A stretch of DNA of 63,996 nt, counting the filler, from Alcyonidium flabelliforme (lineage: Eukaryota), in assembly GCA_026167845.1 (NCBI GenBank). It is 19 parts of 19 records of this genome, joined end to end, with 100 filler letters (N's around TTAATTAATTAA, not from the genome) between each part and the next. Parts side by side here need not be neighbours in the genome. Positions count along the whole stretch, not along the records: positions 1 to 4,110 come from JAOQFJ010000010.1; positions 4,211 to 8,317 come from JAOQFJ010000011.1; positions 8,418 to 12,468 come from JAOQFJ010000012.1; 16 more parts are not named here. One strand, 5' to 3'. Below the pieces are notes generated by a model. That model was not told the DNA's origin. It did no database searches and saw only the letters and a program-made list of their open reading frames with translations. Shown here piece by piece: positions 1 through 8,748 of the stretch (positions are counted from its first letter, which is position 1; every line of letters starts with the position of its first letter). Made by a program: the position numbers and the translations under genes.

Positions 1-162
1 GCGATTACCACTCGTGGCTTCAATGAAGCACAAGCGGGCGAGTTGGCAGGTTGGATTTGTGACGTGCTAGACAGCCGCGGTGATGAAGCCGTCGCTACTG
101 AAGTACGCGGTAAAGTAGAAGCGATCTGTAAAGAATTGCCAGTTTACGAAAAAAATCAGTAA
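1..162 (+). CDS. glyA: Serine hydroxymethyltransferase, 3' end (partial)
   Basis: Frame 1 reads [24 protein letters not shown]...[15 protein letters not shown], the typical GlyA C-terminus (A-x-TTRG motif). Confidence 0.93.
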   Translation, partial: AITTRGFNEAQAGELAGWICDVLDSRGDEAVATEVRGKVEAICKELPVYEKNQ

Positions 163-197
163 TTTTTGTTTGAGCAGTTTTAAACGTTGGTTAAAAT

Positions 198-231
198 AAA
201 AACCGCTTAGCTTTTGCTAGGCGGTTTTTTT
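198..231 (+). terminator. Rho-independent terminator of glyA
   Basis: AAAAACCGCTTAGC-TTTT-GCTAGGCGGTTTTTTT hairpin with U-tract. Confidence 0.9.
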
Positions 232-405
232 GTGAGTAAAATTAGTAAGAGTTTTTGAGAATTCGAGTAGAACAAGGGTGTAGTCAAAGTTTTACGTTTA
301 ACTATTTCACTGCAAAAAAGATAATAAATAATAATGTACAAATACATAAAATAGCTATTCTTAATAAGCTATAATTAATAGTCGATAATTTTTCAGTGGT
401 AAGTT

Positions 406-1626
406 ATGTTAGATCAGTCCATTAATAAGAGTAGTCTCAAATATATAATCAATGACTTTGAACAAAACCTAAAGTTCAAAAGTGAATTCAGTAACGGAAC
501 AGACGTAGTTGTTGAGCAGATTTTGTCACAATATAGAAAAAGTGAACCTTTTGAATTACTTACAGTGAGAAGTATTAAAGGTAAAAAAGCATATCAGGCG
601 GAAGGTATATATCCATACTACCTTCTAAAACGATTCAACGTTACTTTCAAGACGATTACTTCACTTAAACAAGCCAATCGTAATGAAATAGTTTCATCAA
701 TTGTAGCTCTTATCAGAGATAAAAGACCTTATTCTATTATTAGGCTAGACATTGAGCAGTTCTATGAGAGTGTGAACAGAGATATTATTTCAGATAATCT
801 CAAACAAGACATTGCATATAGCAAGTCTACGATAAATATTTTAGAAAAGTGGTTTGACTGCTTCGAAAGAAGTAATGTATCAGGTCTACCTAGAGGATTA
901 AGCGTAAGTGCAAGCTTATCAGAGTATTATCTTCGAGATTTTGACAAGGAAGTACAGAGAATTGAAGGGGTGTTTTACTATGCCAGATTCGTAGACGATA
1001 TTATTATATTTACTACTAATGAGCCTGAAAACACAATAAAAGAAGTTGAAACTCACCTTCCTAAAGGACTTAAGTTTCATCAGAGTAATGAAAAAAGGGA
1101 CGTTTTAATAATACCAAAAGAGAATAATGTTAATAGTGAGAATTTAGAATTTAATTATCTTGGATATGAGTTCTCTATTATAATTGAAAAGAAAAAATTA
1201 ACTACAAAAGTTAATTTCTCTAAGAGAAAAGTAAATAATATTAAGACTAAAATTGTCAAATCCTTATTGAGTTTCAAAGAAAACAACGACTTCAGCTTAC
1301 TGAAATCGAGAGTCTGCTTTCTTACCCATAATTACTATATTCATAATAAGTATCGAGACACTAAAATTAGGAGCGGTATATATTACAATTATCTGTTCAT
1401 TACTCATCCTGAAGAGTGCAGACTTAATGATTTGGATGATTTTCTAAAAGAGTTGCTGTTTAACTCTAGCTCATGTAAACGTGTCTTAGGAAGTATGCAT
1501 GGCTTATCTAATCAGCAACGAAAGATTTTAGTAAGAATGAGGTTTTCCAATGGATATATTGATAAGAGATTCCATAAGTTTACCTATAGAAAAATGATGC
1601 AGATAAAATCTTGTTGGAGCTATTGA
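406..1626 (+). CDS. drt3a: Defence-associated reverse transcriptase, Drt3a-like (UG3 group), 406 aa
   Basis: RT motifs RLDIEQFYESV, GLPRGLSVSASLSE, YARFVDDIIIF, FNYLGYEF; C-terminal GIYYNY; directly upstream of a second, larger RT. Confidence 0.85.
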   Translation: MLDQSINKSSLKYIINDFEQNLKFKSEFSNGTDVVVEQILSQYRKSEPFELLTVRSIKGKKAYQAEGIYPYYLLKRFNVTFKTITSLKQANRNEIVSSIVALIRDKRPYSIIRLDIEQFYESVNRDIISDNLKQDIAYSKSTINILEKWFDCFERSNVSGLPRGLSVSASLSEYYLRDFDKEVQRIEGVFYYARFVDDIIIFTTNEPENTIKEVETHLPKGLKFHQSNEKRDVLIIPKENNVNSENLEFNYLGYEFSIIIEKKKLTTKVNFSKRKVNNIKTKIVKSLLSFKENNDFSLLKSRVCFLTHNYYIHNKYRDTKIRSGIYYNYLFITHPEECRLNDLDDFLKELLFNSSSCKRVLGSMHGLSNQQRKILVRMRFSNGYIDKRFHKFTYRKMMQIKSCWSY

Positions 1627-3635
1627 TGAGTAAGACCAAATTCCACTTATCTTCAGATGATTTTTATAGAATGCTCTTGTCAGATGTACAGCCGTATCAT
1701 ATGCCTATGATATTTAGTAATGAGGGTTTTTATTATGCAGTCAAATCAAACAATAGGTTTAAAGCTTTAAGCGAAGAAATTGATGATAACAATGATTTAA
1801 GAACATTTGAAGTTGCTACTTCTACAGTTCCTTATGTTTACTATATAAATAAAAACTCACACTCATTAAGGGAATTGTCCTTAATACATCCATATCAACA
1901 GCTTAAGTTTGTTGACTTCTATAGTAACTATCATTCCTTAATTTTATACTACTGTAAGAAAAGTAGTTTTTCGCTCCGCTATCCCGCTAAAAGAAATAGT
2001 ACAGTTTATAGCTCAAGACATAAGAAAATATATGAAAAGATTATCAATGAGTATAAATCGGAACACCCTGATCTAGTGTCTGATGATAAAGTATTTAAAT
2101 ATGCTTCTACTTTCTTTTCTTACCGAAAATATGATTTTAATTATAAGTTTTATGAGTCTACAGAGTTTGTAAGACTTGAAAGAAAATATCCCTATCTAAG
2201 AATGATGGATGTCGCTAGATGTTTTGATAGTATTTATACCCATAGCATTTCTTGGGCAGTTAAGGGTAAAGAGTACATCAAAACTAATATATCGGCTCCT
2301 AAGAATAACTCTTCGTTTGATGAGGAGTTTGATAAAATTATGCAAGCTTCAAATTATCAAGAGACTAATGGAATTCTTGTAGGGTCTGAGGTTGCGAGAA
2401 TTTTTGCCGAAGTAATACTTCAAGAAATCGACGAAAACATTATTGAAGAGTTAGCTGCTAAAAATATATATAACAATAGAGACTATACGATTAGACGTTA
2501 TGTAGATGATTTCTGTATATTTGCCACCAATCAAGAAAAGTTAGAGACTATATCAGACACTATAGTAAATGAATTAATGGTATATAAGCTGTTCATAAAC
2601 TCTAGTAAAACCAAGGACTATATTAGACCTTTCATAACTAACCGTTCGAAAAATATTATTGACCTAAGACGACTAATTAATCAACAGATGAGTGATATTC
2701 TAGAAAAAATAACATCAAGAGATGAGTCTGATAAAGCAACAAACTATTATTATTTTCCAAATAAGAGGTTGTTGAAGAATCCAACCAGATTATCTACGCG
2801 TTTCTTAAAAGACTTAAAAAGTTATTGGCATGTTGAAAAGGAGTTAGAAACTGGTTTTTCAAGCTATTTACTTAAGACATTAAACAAACAAGTCCTAATG
2901 TTTATGGAAAAGTTGGATATTAAACAGGTTGACGAAGACGACTTCGATTTTATAATAAATTATTTTATTTTTATATTTGACTTATCTTTATATGCATTAT
3001 CTCTTGAACCTAAGGTTACTCAGTCTTTCTCATTTTCTCGCCTGATTCTAATTATGACTCGTTTCAGTAAAGTTGAGTTAGAAGATTACCATGAGAAATT
3101 TGCTCATAGAATACATACTGGTCTCACTGACTTATTACAAAATGAGTTGTCGACCAATTCTGCTTGTATGGTTGAGCGTCTGAATATCTTACTTACGCTA
3201 AATGATATTGGAGAGTATTACTTACCCAGTGAAGAGAACTTAAAAAGTTATATTTTTGGTGTGAATAACTCTAATATTGACTACTTTTCTTTAATAACAG
3301 GGTTATTCATTGTGAGACGTAAGAGTAACTATAGTAGCCTTCATAGCTTTATTATAGAAAACATAAAAAACAAGCTGCAAGCTTTTCCAGAAGTTAAAAA
3401 ATCCTCAGAAGCTATGCATCTTTATATGGACTCTATGAGTTGTCCATACATTAGTTATAATGAGAAGAAGGCTATTACGAAGGTAGTAGTGGAGAAGTTT
3501 GTTAGCCCAAACCGTCAGCATACAATAATCAAAGAATATATCGATTTTTTTAGTCAATATTATTGGTTTGTCAATTGGAGTGAGATAGATATTTTAAGCA
3601 AGTTATTCAGAAAGCAGTTGAGACGTGCATATTAA
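1626..3635 (+). CDS. drt3b: Defence-associated reverse transcriptase, Drt3b-like (UG8 group), about 669 aa
   Basis: RT motifs MDVARCFDSIYTHSISWA, GILVGSEVARIFAE, RRYVDDFCIF; ATG at 1626 overlaps the drt3a stop (TGATG), a better start than the listed TTG at 1611. Confidence 0.85.
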   Translation: MSKTKFHLSSDDFYRMLLSDVQPYHMPMIFSNEGFYYAVKSNNRFKALSEEIDDNNDLRTFEVATSTVPYVYYINKNSHSLRELSLIHPYQQLKFVDFYSNYHSLILYYCKKSSFSLRYPAKRNSTVYSSRHKKIYEKIINEYKSEHPDLVSDDKVFKYASTFFSYRKYDFNYKFYESTEFVRLERKYPYLRMMDVARCFDSIYTHSISWAVKGKEYIKTNISAPKNNSSFDEEFDKIMQASNYQETNGILVGSEVARIFAEVILQEIDENIIEELAAKNIYNNRDYTIRRYVDDFCIFATNQEKLETISDTIVNELMVYKLFINSSKTKDYIRPFITNRSKNIIDLRRLINQQMSDILEKITSRDESDKATNYYYFPNKRLLKNPTRLSTRFLKDLKSYWHVEKELETGFSSYLLKTLNKQVLMFMEKLDIKQVDEDDFDFIINYFIFIFDLSLYALSLEPKVTQSFSFSRLILIMTRFSKVELEDYHEKFAHRIHTGLTDLLQNELSTNSACMVERLNILLTLNDIGEYYLPSEENLKSYIFGVNNSNIDYFSLITGLFIVRRKSNYSSLHSFIIENIKNKLQAFPEVKKSSEAMHLYMDSMSCPYISYNEKKAITKVVVEKFVSPNRQHTIIKEYIDFFSQYYWFVNWSEIDILSKLFRKQLRRAY

Positions 3636-3699
3636 TTTGATAGATTGTACTTGGCATTCTATCTAGCTGTCTGTTTTACATTAGATGTTTTGATGGAAG

Positions 3700-3935
3700 C
3701 TCTTTTGAGTTTTAACCCAATTTTAAGCATGTGTATCTGTTAGTTTGCAATATTGAGGCTAACTATGCATTGAAATAAGTCTTAGCTGTAGGGAAGCGCC
3801 TAGTTTTTATGATAGTCGCACACACCATACAGAAGCGGTAGAGTGTCACTATTTATCAAATTTTAAAATTATTTATAAGTATTCTTCGAGCTACCCAAAC
3901 AGAAAGCCCCGATTATAAAAATATAATCGGGGCTT
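3700..3935 (+). ncRNA. Putative DRT3 non-coding RNA (boundaries approximate)
   Basis: No long ORF after drt3b; hairpins at 3729-3770, 3789-3802 and 3812-3852; ACACAC at 3820-3825; ends at the terminator hairpin 3904-3935. Confidence 0.65.
3904..3935. terminator. Probable bidirectional terminator between the DRT3 cassette and gltS
   Basis: Perfect 14-bp stem AAGCCCCGATTATA-AAAA-TATAATCGGGGCTT between convergent genes. Confidence 0.85.
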
Positions 3936-3975
3936 ATTTATATCAACTCAGTTTAACCTTTTACTATTGAACAAA

Positions 3976-4110
3976 TCACATAAACGGCAACTTCGTAAAT
4001 ATCTGCAATACCGTGGCATTGACAATATCGACAAAGAAAGCACCAACCATCGGCACAATTAAGAACGCTTTAGGCGAGGCCAAGTAGCGATCCGTTACCG
4101 CCTGCATATT
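3976..4110 (-). CDS. gltS: Sodium/glutamate symporter, 3' end (partial)
   Basis: Minus strand reads NMQAVTDRYLASPKAFLIVPMVGAFFVDIVNATVLQIFTKLPFM*, matching the GltS C-terminus. Confidence 0.88.
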   Translation of the reverse strand, partial: NMQAVTDRYLASPKAFLIVPMVGAFFVDIVNATVLQIFTKLPFM

Positions 4111-4210
4111 NNNNNNNNNNNNNNNNNNNNNNNNNNNNNNNNNNNNNNNNNNNNTTAATTAATTAANNNNNNNNNNNNNNNNNNNNNNNNNNNNNNNNNN
4201 NNNNNNNNNN
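4111..4210. other. Artificial contig spacer N44-TTAATTAATTAA-N44 (first of 18 identical spacers)
   Basis: The same 100-bp linker with stops in all six frames recurs between all contigs. Confidence 0.99.
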
Positions 4211-4342
4211 TTGGGATAGCCTAAGTATTTTAAGCAGGGATCAGAATGCCGACTCTGCTTAAAATTATAAGGGTAGGATAAGGTTCTGAGTATTATTAAG
4301 CCGTACTTAACAAGAGAGCACAAAGCAGCCCAACAGACAAAC

Positions 4343-4375
4343 GGGCTAATATCTGACTATGGGATGTCCCATTTT
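4343..4375 (-). promoter_or_regulatory. Putative ColE2-type replication origin
   Basis: Immediately after the rep stop the minus strand reads AAAATGGGACATCCCATAGTCAGATATTAGCCC, resembling ColE2-family origins (AAAATGAGAC...TCAGATA..AGC.CC) in the expected position. Confidence 0.6.
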
Positions 4376-5369
4376 ATTTTTTATTCTTCTGAATGCCCCA
4401 CCGTGTAAGGGTTCTACGGTTTACTTGTAATTTCTCTGCGATAACTTTGAGATTAACGCCCTCAGACGCCCATTTTTGCGCTTGGATTACCTTATCAGTG
4501 TTATCGCCCCAATAGGCTTTAGAACGCTTGCTCTGAAGCTCTGAGAAGCTTTTATGGCTCTTTGAGAAGTCCGTCTTTGAACAGTATCGGGCAATACTGG
4601 TAGCTATATGTTTGACTTCGTTAGGTAACAACGGTTCTTCAAAATCATTGTTGATTTGTTTTGCAATCGGTAGGATTTCTGCCAGTAACGCACGATATGT
4701 ACCACCACCAATCTTGTATGCTTCTACTCTCACTCGATCAAACAAGCTGCAATTGCGACCAAAACCAGCGTCATTAGCAGCTTTGTTAGTTTTGATGGAG
4801 TTATGAACCTCAGTGAAATTAACAAGCTCTATCAGGCGTTCTTCTAATTCATTCAGTGTGTAACCTTCGCTTGGTGCAGTAGTGACGCTGTATGTCCTCC
4901 ACATAGCATTGACTGGGTTCTTCATCAGGTTGCCGCTATAGCCTTTGTCGCCACCTAATGCCCATCTAAGACCTTTTTCGATTTTAGCTAAGTAACGTAT
5001 AGGATGAGAACGCGCCTTACCATACATGAATACAGGCTGTTTCAGCTTATAAACTAAGTGTGCATGTCCATTGTTTGGGTTTTGTATAATGAGATGTGGT
5101 GAAGGTACTTCCGATAGTTCTTTTAATGTCTTATGCAGAGTATCTGAATCATCTACATCTATGACGATGTAACGTATCTTGTGAGGTGGGTTAGGTTGTA
5201 TAAGAGCTTTTTTAATAGCGTAGGCTTTAGGAAGGATGTTCGTAAATACATTACCCTCAGCATTTTTCCCGTCACTACAGTAGGGTTTGTTTGCTAAATT
5301 TTCATAAAATTCGAGGGTTTCTGGGTATTCTTGCCACTCAGATGGGCGTATTGACACTATGTTATACAT
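4374..5369 (-). CDS. rep: ColE2-type plasmid replication initiator (Replicase + PriCT-1 + C-terminal HTH)
   Basis: KPYCSD, VIDVD, NPNNGHAHLVYKL, D.GYSG.LMKNP, GRNCSLFD, EVKHIATSIARY, C-terminal HTH IAEKLQVNRRTLTRW. Confidence 0.88.
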   Translation of the reverse strand: MYNIVSIRPSEWQEYPETLEFYENLANKPYCSDGKNAEGNVFTNILPKAYAIKKALIQPNPPHKIRYIVIDVDDSDTLHKTLKELSEVPSPHLIIQNPNNGHAHLVYKLKQPVFMYGKARSHPIRYLAKIEKGLRWALGGDKGYSGNLMKNPVNAMWRTYSVTTAPSEGYTLNELEERLIELVNFTEVHNSIKTNKAANDAGFGRNCSLFDRVRVEAYKIGGGTYRALLAEILPIAKQINNDFEEPLLPNEVKHIATSIARYCSKTDFSKSHKSFSELQSKRSKAYWGDNTDKVIQAQKWASEGVNLKVIAEKLQVNRRTLTRWGIQKNKK

Positions 5370-5458
5370 GCGTAGGCACTTGTGTTAGTGCGTCAGCTGA
5401 TATAAAATGACTTTATCGAAAAGTGGGTTTATATCTGCCAACACAGATTAAATTCATC

Positions 5459-5490
5459 CTAACCCCTGAGCCTGCCAGCTCAGGGGTTAG
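5459..5490. promoter_or_regulatory. Strong hairpin in the rep leader; candidate terminator or stem of a copy-control antisense RNA
   Basis: CTAACCCCTGAGC-CTGCCA-GCTCAGGGGTTAG, perfect 13-bp stem upstream of rep. Confidence 0.55.
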
Positions 5491-5612
5491 TCGTTTCTAG
5501 CGTATAATATTACGCTGTAAAATGTTCGCGGTCAACTGCCAATCCTTTATGTGGTGGGGCTTACAGGATGACGCCTTTATTCATCAGGATGAATCAGCAC
5601 TTACTTCTCATT

Positions 5613-7397
5613 TTAAGAATAATTCATACTATTATCATAAGGTGAATCATTTTGCGGTTTTGGCTCCGAACTTTGTTGTACGGGTTTTTCAATTTTTGGC
5701 TCTGTATTAACAACAGGATTAAGAGAATCTAGTTTCTCTAAGTCATGAAAATCGCATTTTATGTCGTATTTCTCTGCGAACTCACGAATACCAAGTGCTT
5801 CTGATGCTTTTCTAAGCCCAAAATCGATCAGGATACGAGCGTCACTCAAAACATTTTCATCTAGCATAAACTTCTCAAACGCTCTAGCCGTACTATTTTG
5901 GGCGTATTCTGGGTTTAGTTGCTTACCTTGTTTACTTGTATTCGTTATGATTATTTTGTGGTTTCCCTTGATAGCGTTTTTTATAAGCGTGTGTACTTCA
6001 CCAGAAACATGCGAAATAACATCTCTATGTAAAAGCGTAATATTTCCGTATTTATCTGTTTCACCTATCTGAATTCTTAGACCAAGCGTCCGAATCATTC
6101 CAGAAGGCTTCCTTTTTTCTATGCGCTGACGTTCTGCCTCCTTCTCCTCTGCCTGTATCGTTGTTAATTCCTGTTGTCTTTGCTGTTCTCTTGCCTGCGT
6201 CTGTACATCAGGTCCTTGTATGAGTTGATCATATTCTTCAATCGTATTTGTAAGAAGCTGTTTTCTGTCTCTAATTCTTTGTTCTGAGCTTGTAATGAAC
6301 TGTTTAATGTCGATAATTCTTCGTTTTGAGCTTGTAATGAACTGTTTAGTGTCACTAATTCTTCGCTTGGCTCTATCAATAGTTTGTGCTGTTTCTTCGA
6401 CTCGTTTTCGGTGTAATCTATATCTCGGATATGACTCGTCAATTCGTTGGCTTCTATAGCCAATAATGCGCTGGTGTGATTTGTCTGTTTCAACTGATGC
6501 TCTAATGCTTTGATGTCCATATTCTGATAGTTCACCGTATTCCGCAATTGCTCGTTCACTGCTACCAATTGCTCTATTTGCTCTGTCAATTGCTGTACTT
6601 GCTCGCTCATGTGATTCCTTATCAATTTTTCCTAACTCATCAATAATATTAATAGCCAGGCTATCTAGCTTGGCTTGTTCGAAATCATTTCTAGCAGTTA
6701 GTAGGTTGGTATAAATTTCTTTGACGTCCGCACGTTTAATCTGCTGCATTGATAAATTAATTGGCTCTCTATCAATCCCTTGTTCCTTAAGGCTTTTCAT
6801 ACTTATTCGAGCGTCTGACCCTGCCAACTCAAGATGGGAGTTACATAGTTTTTCCCACCTATCACGTTGGTCTTTCAATTCTAGTTTTCGTTCACTTTCG
6901 AACTTAGGCGTATTCGCCTTCTTAGCTCCGCCAGACTCGGGTTTTTTAGCATTAAAACGCTTAAAGTATTGGTCTGGATCGCGCTCTATGCCGTCTATTA
7001 AGCGTTCGCTAAACATAATATGAGCATGTGGTTGTTCTAAGCCGTCCATAGCTAAAGGGTTATGTATGGCATATTGATAAGCATGTTTTTCACCAATTTC
7101 TTGATGAATCCATTCTTTAATCAACTCATGGCGTTGGTCTGCTGTTAGCTCCCTTGGTAATGTAATTATATGCTCTCGATAAGATGTGCCGTTTTTTCGC
7201 TCTTTATCATCAGACATTTTCCAGAAAAAATTAGGATCAGCTTGTGCCCATTTAGGCATGTTCCCGTGCCCTGTTCCTTCTAGCTTTTCCAGACCATCAT
7301 TATGCTTAGCATACTTACCCTCGCGTGCAATATATTGGGCATGAGGGCCTCCTTTACCTTTGACTCCCACCACGACACTTAATCTACCGATTGCCAT
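5613..7397 (-). CDS. mobA: MobA/MobL-family (MOBQ) relaxase with long coiled-coil C-terminus
   Basis: N-terminal MAIGRLSV, HAQYIAREGKY, ERKNGTSYREHIITLPREL, AIHNP...QPHAHIMFSER (3H motif). Confidence 0.92.
   Translation of the reverse strand: MAIGRLSVVVGVKGKGGPHAQYIAREGKYAKHNDGLEKLEGTGHGNMPKWAQADPNFFWKMSDDKERKNGTSYREHIITLPRELTADQRHELIKEWIHQEIGEKHAYQYAIHNPLAMDGLEQPHAHIMFSERLIDGIERDPDQYFKRFNAKKPESGGAKKANTPKFESERKLELKDQRDRWEKLCNSHLELAGSDARISMKSLKEQGIDREPINLSMQQIKRADVKEIYTNLLTARNDFEQAKLDSLAINIIDELGKIDKESHERASTAIDRANRAIGSSERAIAEYGELSEYGHQSIRASVETDKSHQRIIGYRSQRIDESYPRYRLHRKRVEETAQTIDRAKRRISDTKQFITSSKRRIIDIKQFITSSEQRIRDRKQLLTNTIEEYDQLIQGPDVQTQAREQQRQQELTTIQAEEKEAERQRIEKRKPSGMIRTLGLRIQIGETDKYGNITLLHRDVISHVSGEVHTLIKNAIKGNHKIIITNTSKQGKQLNPEYAQNSTARAFEKFMLDENVLSDARILIDFGLRKASEALGIREFAEKYDIKCDFHDLEKLDSLNPVVNTEPKIEKPVQQSSEPKPQNDSPYDNSMNYS
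6164..6625 (-). CDS. Overlapping alternative-frame coiled-coil ORF inside mobA (MobB-like)
   Basis: 153-aa ORF in a different frame with heptad pattern and 14-aa repeat; analogous to mobB nested in RSF1010 mobA. Confidence 0.45.
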   Translation of the reverse strand: MIRNHMSEQVQQLTEQIEQLVAVNEQLRNTVNYQNMDIKALEHQLKQTNHTSALLAIEANELTSHIRDIDYTENESKKQHKLLIEPSEELVTLNSSLQAQNEELSTLNSSLQAQNKELETENSFLQIRLKNMINSYKDLMYRRRQENSKDNRN

Positions 7398-7474
7398 TTT
7401 TTTGCTCTTTTGTTTTTAGCAGGCGTTTAGCCTGTTGGGGGTTTTTAAGGGGGTCTTTTTTCCCCTTAACACGC

Positions 7475-7528
7475 TAGTTTCTCATAATGTACCGAAGGGG
7501 AATTATGAGAAACTACTAAGCGTGCCTT
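7475..7528 (+). promoter_or_regulatory. MOBQ-type origin of transfer (oriT)
   Basis: 14-bp inverted repeat TAGTTTCTCATAAT/ATTATGAGAAACTA followed by TAAGCGTGCCTT, similar to the MOBQ nic consensus TAAGTGCGCCCT; lies between divergent mob genes. Confidence 0.75.
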
Positions 7529-7623
7529 GTCTTACTCAGACAAGGGTTAAAAACCTTTCGCTGCTCAGATATTATCATAGTATGCTAGGATGATCACAAA
7601 CTAAAATATGGATTAAAAAACAC

Positions 7624-8034
7624 ATGGCAAATATTGATAGAGACTATCTTGATGCGCTCGTTTCACGGTTTAAAGGCTACAAGTCACCTAATGATACCCA
7701 AAAGCTTATTATCGCTTTAGGTGATAAATTCGAGCGTTCAGATGATGACAACAAAAAACTTGCCGTCCTTCTCAAAGCTGAAAAGAAAGCTGACGAACTG
7801 ACTAAGGCAAGGGCTGCTACCCAAAGGATATTAAATGCTGAGAAGGCTGCTATTAAAAAACATGAAACACGCAAAAAGATACTTTGGGGTGCTGCATTGA
7901 AAAAGGCTAGCGAGAATAACCCTGAAATGGCTCAAGTTATGCAAACTCTCTACAACCATGGATACATAGCCGAAAGAGATAAGAGTGTTGTAGAAGAAGA
8001 TTTACCAGAGCAAATGCCACAAATCACTAGATAG
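7624..8034 (+). CDS. Mobilisation accessory protein (MobS/MobC-like)
   Basis: Divergent from mobA across oriT; HETRKKILWGA resembles the conserved motif of MOBQ accessory proteins. Confidence 0.65.
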   Translation: MANIDRDYLDALVSRFKGYKSPNDTQKLIIALGDKFERSDDDNKKLAVLLKAEKKADELTKARAATQRILNAEKAAIKKHETRKKILWGAALKKASENNPEMAQVMQTLYNHGYIAERDKSVVEEDLPEQMPQITR

Positions 8035-8417
8035 CTCTAGAATGGCTCAGAAGACGCCTTAAAAGGAATAAAGCTACAATGGCAGCAGGAAAACGATTGA
8101 GAGGGCAAATTAGCGATATTTGAGCCATTTAGAGGGGTTACGATAGGCAATGAGTATGTAAATATTAAGGTATAGGATTAGCTACAACGTCCAAAGCTAT
8201 GAATAAGGGGATAATTAATACGCTGTAGAGAGTTTATCTATTGGGATAGCCTAAGTATTTTAAGCAGGGATCAGAATGCCGACTCTGCTTAAAATTATAA
8301 GGGTAGGATAAGGTTCTNNNNNNNNNNNNNNNNNNNNNNNNNNNNNNNNNNNNNNNNNNNNTTAATTAATTAANNNNNNNNNNNNNNNNNNNNNNNNNNN
8401 NNNNNNNNNNNNNNNNN

Positions 8418-8748
8418 TGTTGAAATATGATCGCTCGCTTTATTCTGGTAAAGCTGTGTTTATTTATAAATCGGCTGACTCTAACTTTGTTCCCCTAGAA
8501 GCTGATATTAATAAAATTCGAGGCCCTAAATCTGGTTTTACTGAAGCATTCACCCCACAGTTTTCCCCAAAAAACATCTCACCTCAGGACTTAACACATA
8601 ATAATATATTAACTCTAGAAGAGTGTTATGTACCTCCAAATGTGGAGCATATATTTTGTCGGTTTTCTTTGAGAGTTCAGGCTAACTCATTGGTTCCTTC
8701 AGGCTGTAGTGACCCAGAGGTTTTCTCTTTATTAGAAGAGTTGGCAAA
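8418..8748 (+). pseudogene. cas7f: N-terminal fragment of type I-F CRISPR backbone protein Cas7f/Csy3 (I-F3 CAST-like)
   Basis: LKYDRSLYSGKAVF.YK....FVPLEA....IRG.K.GFTEAF...EECYVPPNVEHIFCRFSLRVQANSL.PSGCSDPEV matches my recollection of Cas7f of Tn7-associated I-F3 systems. Confidence 0.72.

Larger units (their letters stand above)
4211..8317. mobile_element. Complete small mobilizable plasmid, about 4030 bp circular
   Basis: 4211-4287 is identical to 8241-8317 (77-bp assembly overlap); carries rep, MobA relaxase, mobilisation accessory gene and oriT. Confidence 0.92.

Noticed and set aside
406..3635. Retron, DGR or group II intron interpretation of the RTs
   Set aside because: No VTG retron motif or upstream msr-msd, no TR/VR repeat pair or avd gene, no maturase or intron domain V. 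The tandem RT pair fits DRT3.
4111..4210. Recurring TTAATTAATTAA motif and ORFs ending in X...LIN
   Set aside because: Artificial contig linker. Adjacency across spacers has no biological meaning, for example DRT3 is not on the plasmid.
8241..8317. 77-bp direct repeat as iteron or att site
   Set aside because: An exact duplicate of the contig start; assembler overlap of a circular molecule.
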